A stretch of 64,000 nt of DNA from Limisphaerales bacterium. GTDB lineage: Bacteria; Verrucomicrobiota; Verrucomicrobiia; Limisphaerales; JAJOIW01. The stretch spans positions 32,001 through 96,000 of the forward strand of contig CBFHOE010000002.1 in assembly GCA_965657355.1 (NCBI GenBank), in the 5' to 3' direction. The notes beneath the pieces are model-generated. The model had not been told where the DNA came from and did not search any database. It worked only from the letters and a program-made list of their open reading frames with translations. This document shows positions 61,993-64,000 of the stretch, one piece after another. Numbering within the stretch: the first letter of the stretch is position 1; every line of letters starts with the position of its first letter. The position numbers were made by a program, and so were the translations under genes.

Positions 61993-63459
61993 ATGATTGA
62001 AGACCTGACGCTCAAATCTGCAGCTGAGATGATCAAATCTGGTGAAATATCATCGACCGAAATCACCACGTATTTTTTGGACAAAATAGAAGCTGTAAAC
62101 CCTGAAATAAGTGCTTTTATCGACGTAAATAGGGAGAAGGTTCTCAATGCATCACAAGAAGCAGACAAGCTCAGGTCCACTGATCCCGAATCCATAAAGA
62201 GCAAACCTTTACACGGCATACCTATACCGGTGAAGGATCTGCTTGCGGTCAAGGGGGAGCCATTGCGCTGTGCCTCTAAAATTTTAAAGGAGTTTATTAG
62301 TCCTTACGATGCGACTTCAATAGCCAACTTAAAGGCTGCTGGCGCTATTCCAATGGGCCGACTGAATATGGATGAATTCGCAATGGGCAGTTCTAACGAA
62401 AATTCCGCTTTCGGCGTTGCCAAAAATCCTTGGGATAAATCAAGAGTGTCAGGCGGATCTTCGGGGGGCTCAGCGGCAAGTGTGAGTGCGGGAATAAGCT
62501 TGGCATCTCTTGGAACCGACACAGGAGGCTCCATCAGACAACCAGCCGCATTTTGTGGTTGTGTTGGACTAAAACCAACTTATGGCCGAGTATCGAGATA
62601 TGGCCTTGTGGCATTTGCCAGCTCATTTGATCAAATAGGCCCCATAGCGAAAAATGTTGAGGACGCAGGACTCCTACTTCACTGTATCGCTGGGCACGAC
62701 AAAAGAGATTCAACCAGTGTCCCGAAGCCACCAGATAATGCGTGGCTTAACATCCAAGATAATATCAAAGGGATTAAGCTAGGCATTCCAAAAGAATATC
62801 GGGAACATGCCATCGATCAAGATGTTCAAAAAAGCTGGGATGACGCCCTTAAAGTTTTTGAAGAAGCAGGAGCAGAAATTATCGATGTCTCCCTACCTCA
62901 TACTGAGTATGCGGTTGCAACATACTATATCCTTACCACGGCAGAAGCCAGTAGCAACCTGGCAAGATTTGAAGGAATTAGATATGGGGCCAGGATTGAA
63001 GCAGACACCCCATTCGATTTAAATTGTAAGACAAGAGGTGCCGGCTTCGGCCCCGAGGTAAAGCGTAGGATAATACTTGGCACCTATGTTTTAAGTAGCG
63101 GATACTACGATGCCTATTACGTTAAAGCTCAAAAAGCAAGAACCTTGATTAGAAGGGATTTTGAAAATGTTTTTAATGAGGTGGATGCGATTATTTCTCC
63201 GACAACACCTTCGCCAGCTTTTCCAATTGGGCAAAAATCTAAGAATCCTTTAGAAATGTATCTCTCTGATATATTTACAATATCTTCTAATTTAGCTGGG
63301 AATTGTGGTATAAGTATTCCTTGCGGGTTTTCATCGAATCCCAAACTACCATTAGGCTTACAAATCACTGGCCACACTTTTAGGGAAGATAAAATCCTCA
63401 ATATTGCTCAAGCCTTCCAGGCTCGCACGGAATGGCATAAACATTCCCCAAAGATTTAA
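61993..63459 (+). CDS. gatA: Asp/Glu-tRNA amidotransferase subunit A
   Basis: VKD, NMDEFAMGSS, GGSSGGS, GTDTGGSIRQPA, EASSNLAR, EVKRRIILG. Confidence 0.98.
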   Translation: MIEDLTLKSAAEMIKSGEISSTEITTYFLDKIEAVNPEISAFIDVNREKVLNASQEADKLRSTDPESIKSKPLHGIPIPVKDLLAVKGEPLRCASKILKEFISPYDATSIANLKAAGAIPMGRLNMDEFAMGSSNENSAFGVAKNPWDKSRVSGGSSGGSAASVSAGISLASLGTDTGGSIRQPAAFCGCVGLKPTYGRVSRYGLVAFASSFDQIGPIAKNVEDAGLLLHCIAGHDKRDSTSVPKPPDNAWLNIQDNIKGIKLGIPKEYREHAIDQDVQKSWDDALKVFEEAGAEIIDVSLPHTEYAVATYYILTTAEASSNLARFEGIRYGARIEADTPFDLNCKTRGAGFGPEVKRRIILGTYVLSSGYYDAYYVKAQKARTLIRRDFENVFNEVDAIISPTTPSPAFPIGQKSKNPLEMYLSDIFTISSNLAGNCGISIPCGFSSNPKLPLGLQITGHTFREDKILNIAQAFQARTEWHKHSPKI

Positions 63460-63478
63460 TCTTGGTCCCTCAGTAACA

Positions 63479-64000
63479 ATGGATACTCAGCCCTTGTCTG
63501 GTCTCAACCTACTAATCACGGATGACGACAAGTTATTGAGACGCAGATTATCTGGGTATCTACAAAACCTAGGTTGTGAAATCTCCGAGGCTTCAAATCT
63601 TTCTGAAGCGAGAAACCTTCTCTCGAGCTTCACTTTCGACCTAGCTTTATTAGATGTCAATTTACCCGATGGATTGGGATTTGATTTATTGAAGGAAGGC
63701 CACTTTTCTGAAAACACAGTGGTCGTCATGATGACAGCTGAAGGTGGTATTCATGGAGCCGTAGAGGCCATAAAAATGGGCGCTTGTGATTATCTGGTCA
63801 AGCCGTTTGAACCAGAGGAAATCTCTTTGGTTTTCAACAGGGGGCGAAAAAGAAAAATGGATGGCCGGATCCAACAATTCACCCAGGAATCAAAGAAATC
63901 AGATGGCATAATTTTTGGCGGTGGTTTAACGCAAATAAAAGGCATGATTTCAAAAATTATCGATTCAGATAAAAGAATGAAATCAAACCTCCCGCCGGTG
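63479..64000 (+). CDS. NtrC-family (sigma-54-dependent) response regulator, partial; missing from the ORF track
   Basis: Manual translation: MDTQPLSGLNLLITDDD...LLDVNLPDG...MMTAEG...GACDYLVKPFE...SNLPPV, open to the window end. The receiver domain is clear; the AAA+ domain is inferred from the linker only. Confidence 0.85.
   Translation, partial: MDTQPLSGLNLLITDDDKLLRRRLSGYLQNLGCEISEASNLSEARNLLSSFTFDLALLDVNLPDGLGFDLLKEGHFSENTVVVMMTAEGGIHGAVEAIKMGACDYLVKPFEPEEISLVFNRGRKRKMDGRIQQFTQESKKSDGIIFGGGLTQIKGMISKIIDSDKRMKSNLPPV

Overview
A gene-dense, AT-rich (roughly 40% GC by eye) bacterial chromosome segment. Gene content points to a Verrucomicrobiota/PVC-group organism (inference): a DUF1549/DUF1553 cytochrome next to DUF1501, a PQQ-like propeller, a sulfatase, a MoxR-Bat operon, and secreted proteins with an 'S-x-D-L-x-x-W...F-Y-R' module. 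Housekeeping genes are polA (partial), guaA, lysA, uvrA, cysS, hrpB, trpB, gatC and gatA. Signalling genes are two HDOD loci and a partial NtrC-type regulator. No rRNA, tRNA, CRISPR array, integrase or transposase was recognised. Best leads: (1) two intergenic minus-strand units at about 8.1 kb and 60.2 kb that share an identical 11-mer containing TTGACA and end in hairpin+U-tract terminators (candidate sRNAs or leader RNAs); (2) a shared ~55-aa module in two unrelated secreted proteins, a candidate lineage-specific sorting or docking domain; (3) a bacterial Rsm22/METTL17-like methyltransferase that keeps four putative Fe-S cysteines; (4) the DUF1549/1553-DUF1501 pair with a nested domain insertion; (5) candidate sigma-54 and sigma-28-like promoters. 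All assignments come from motif recognition by eye; no database searches were run.
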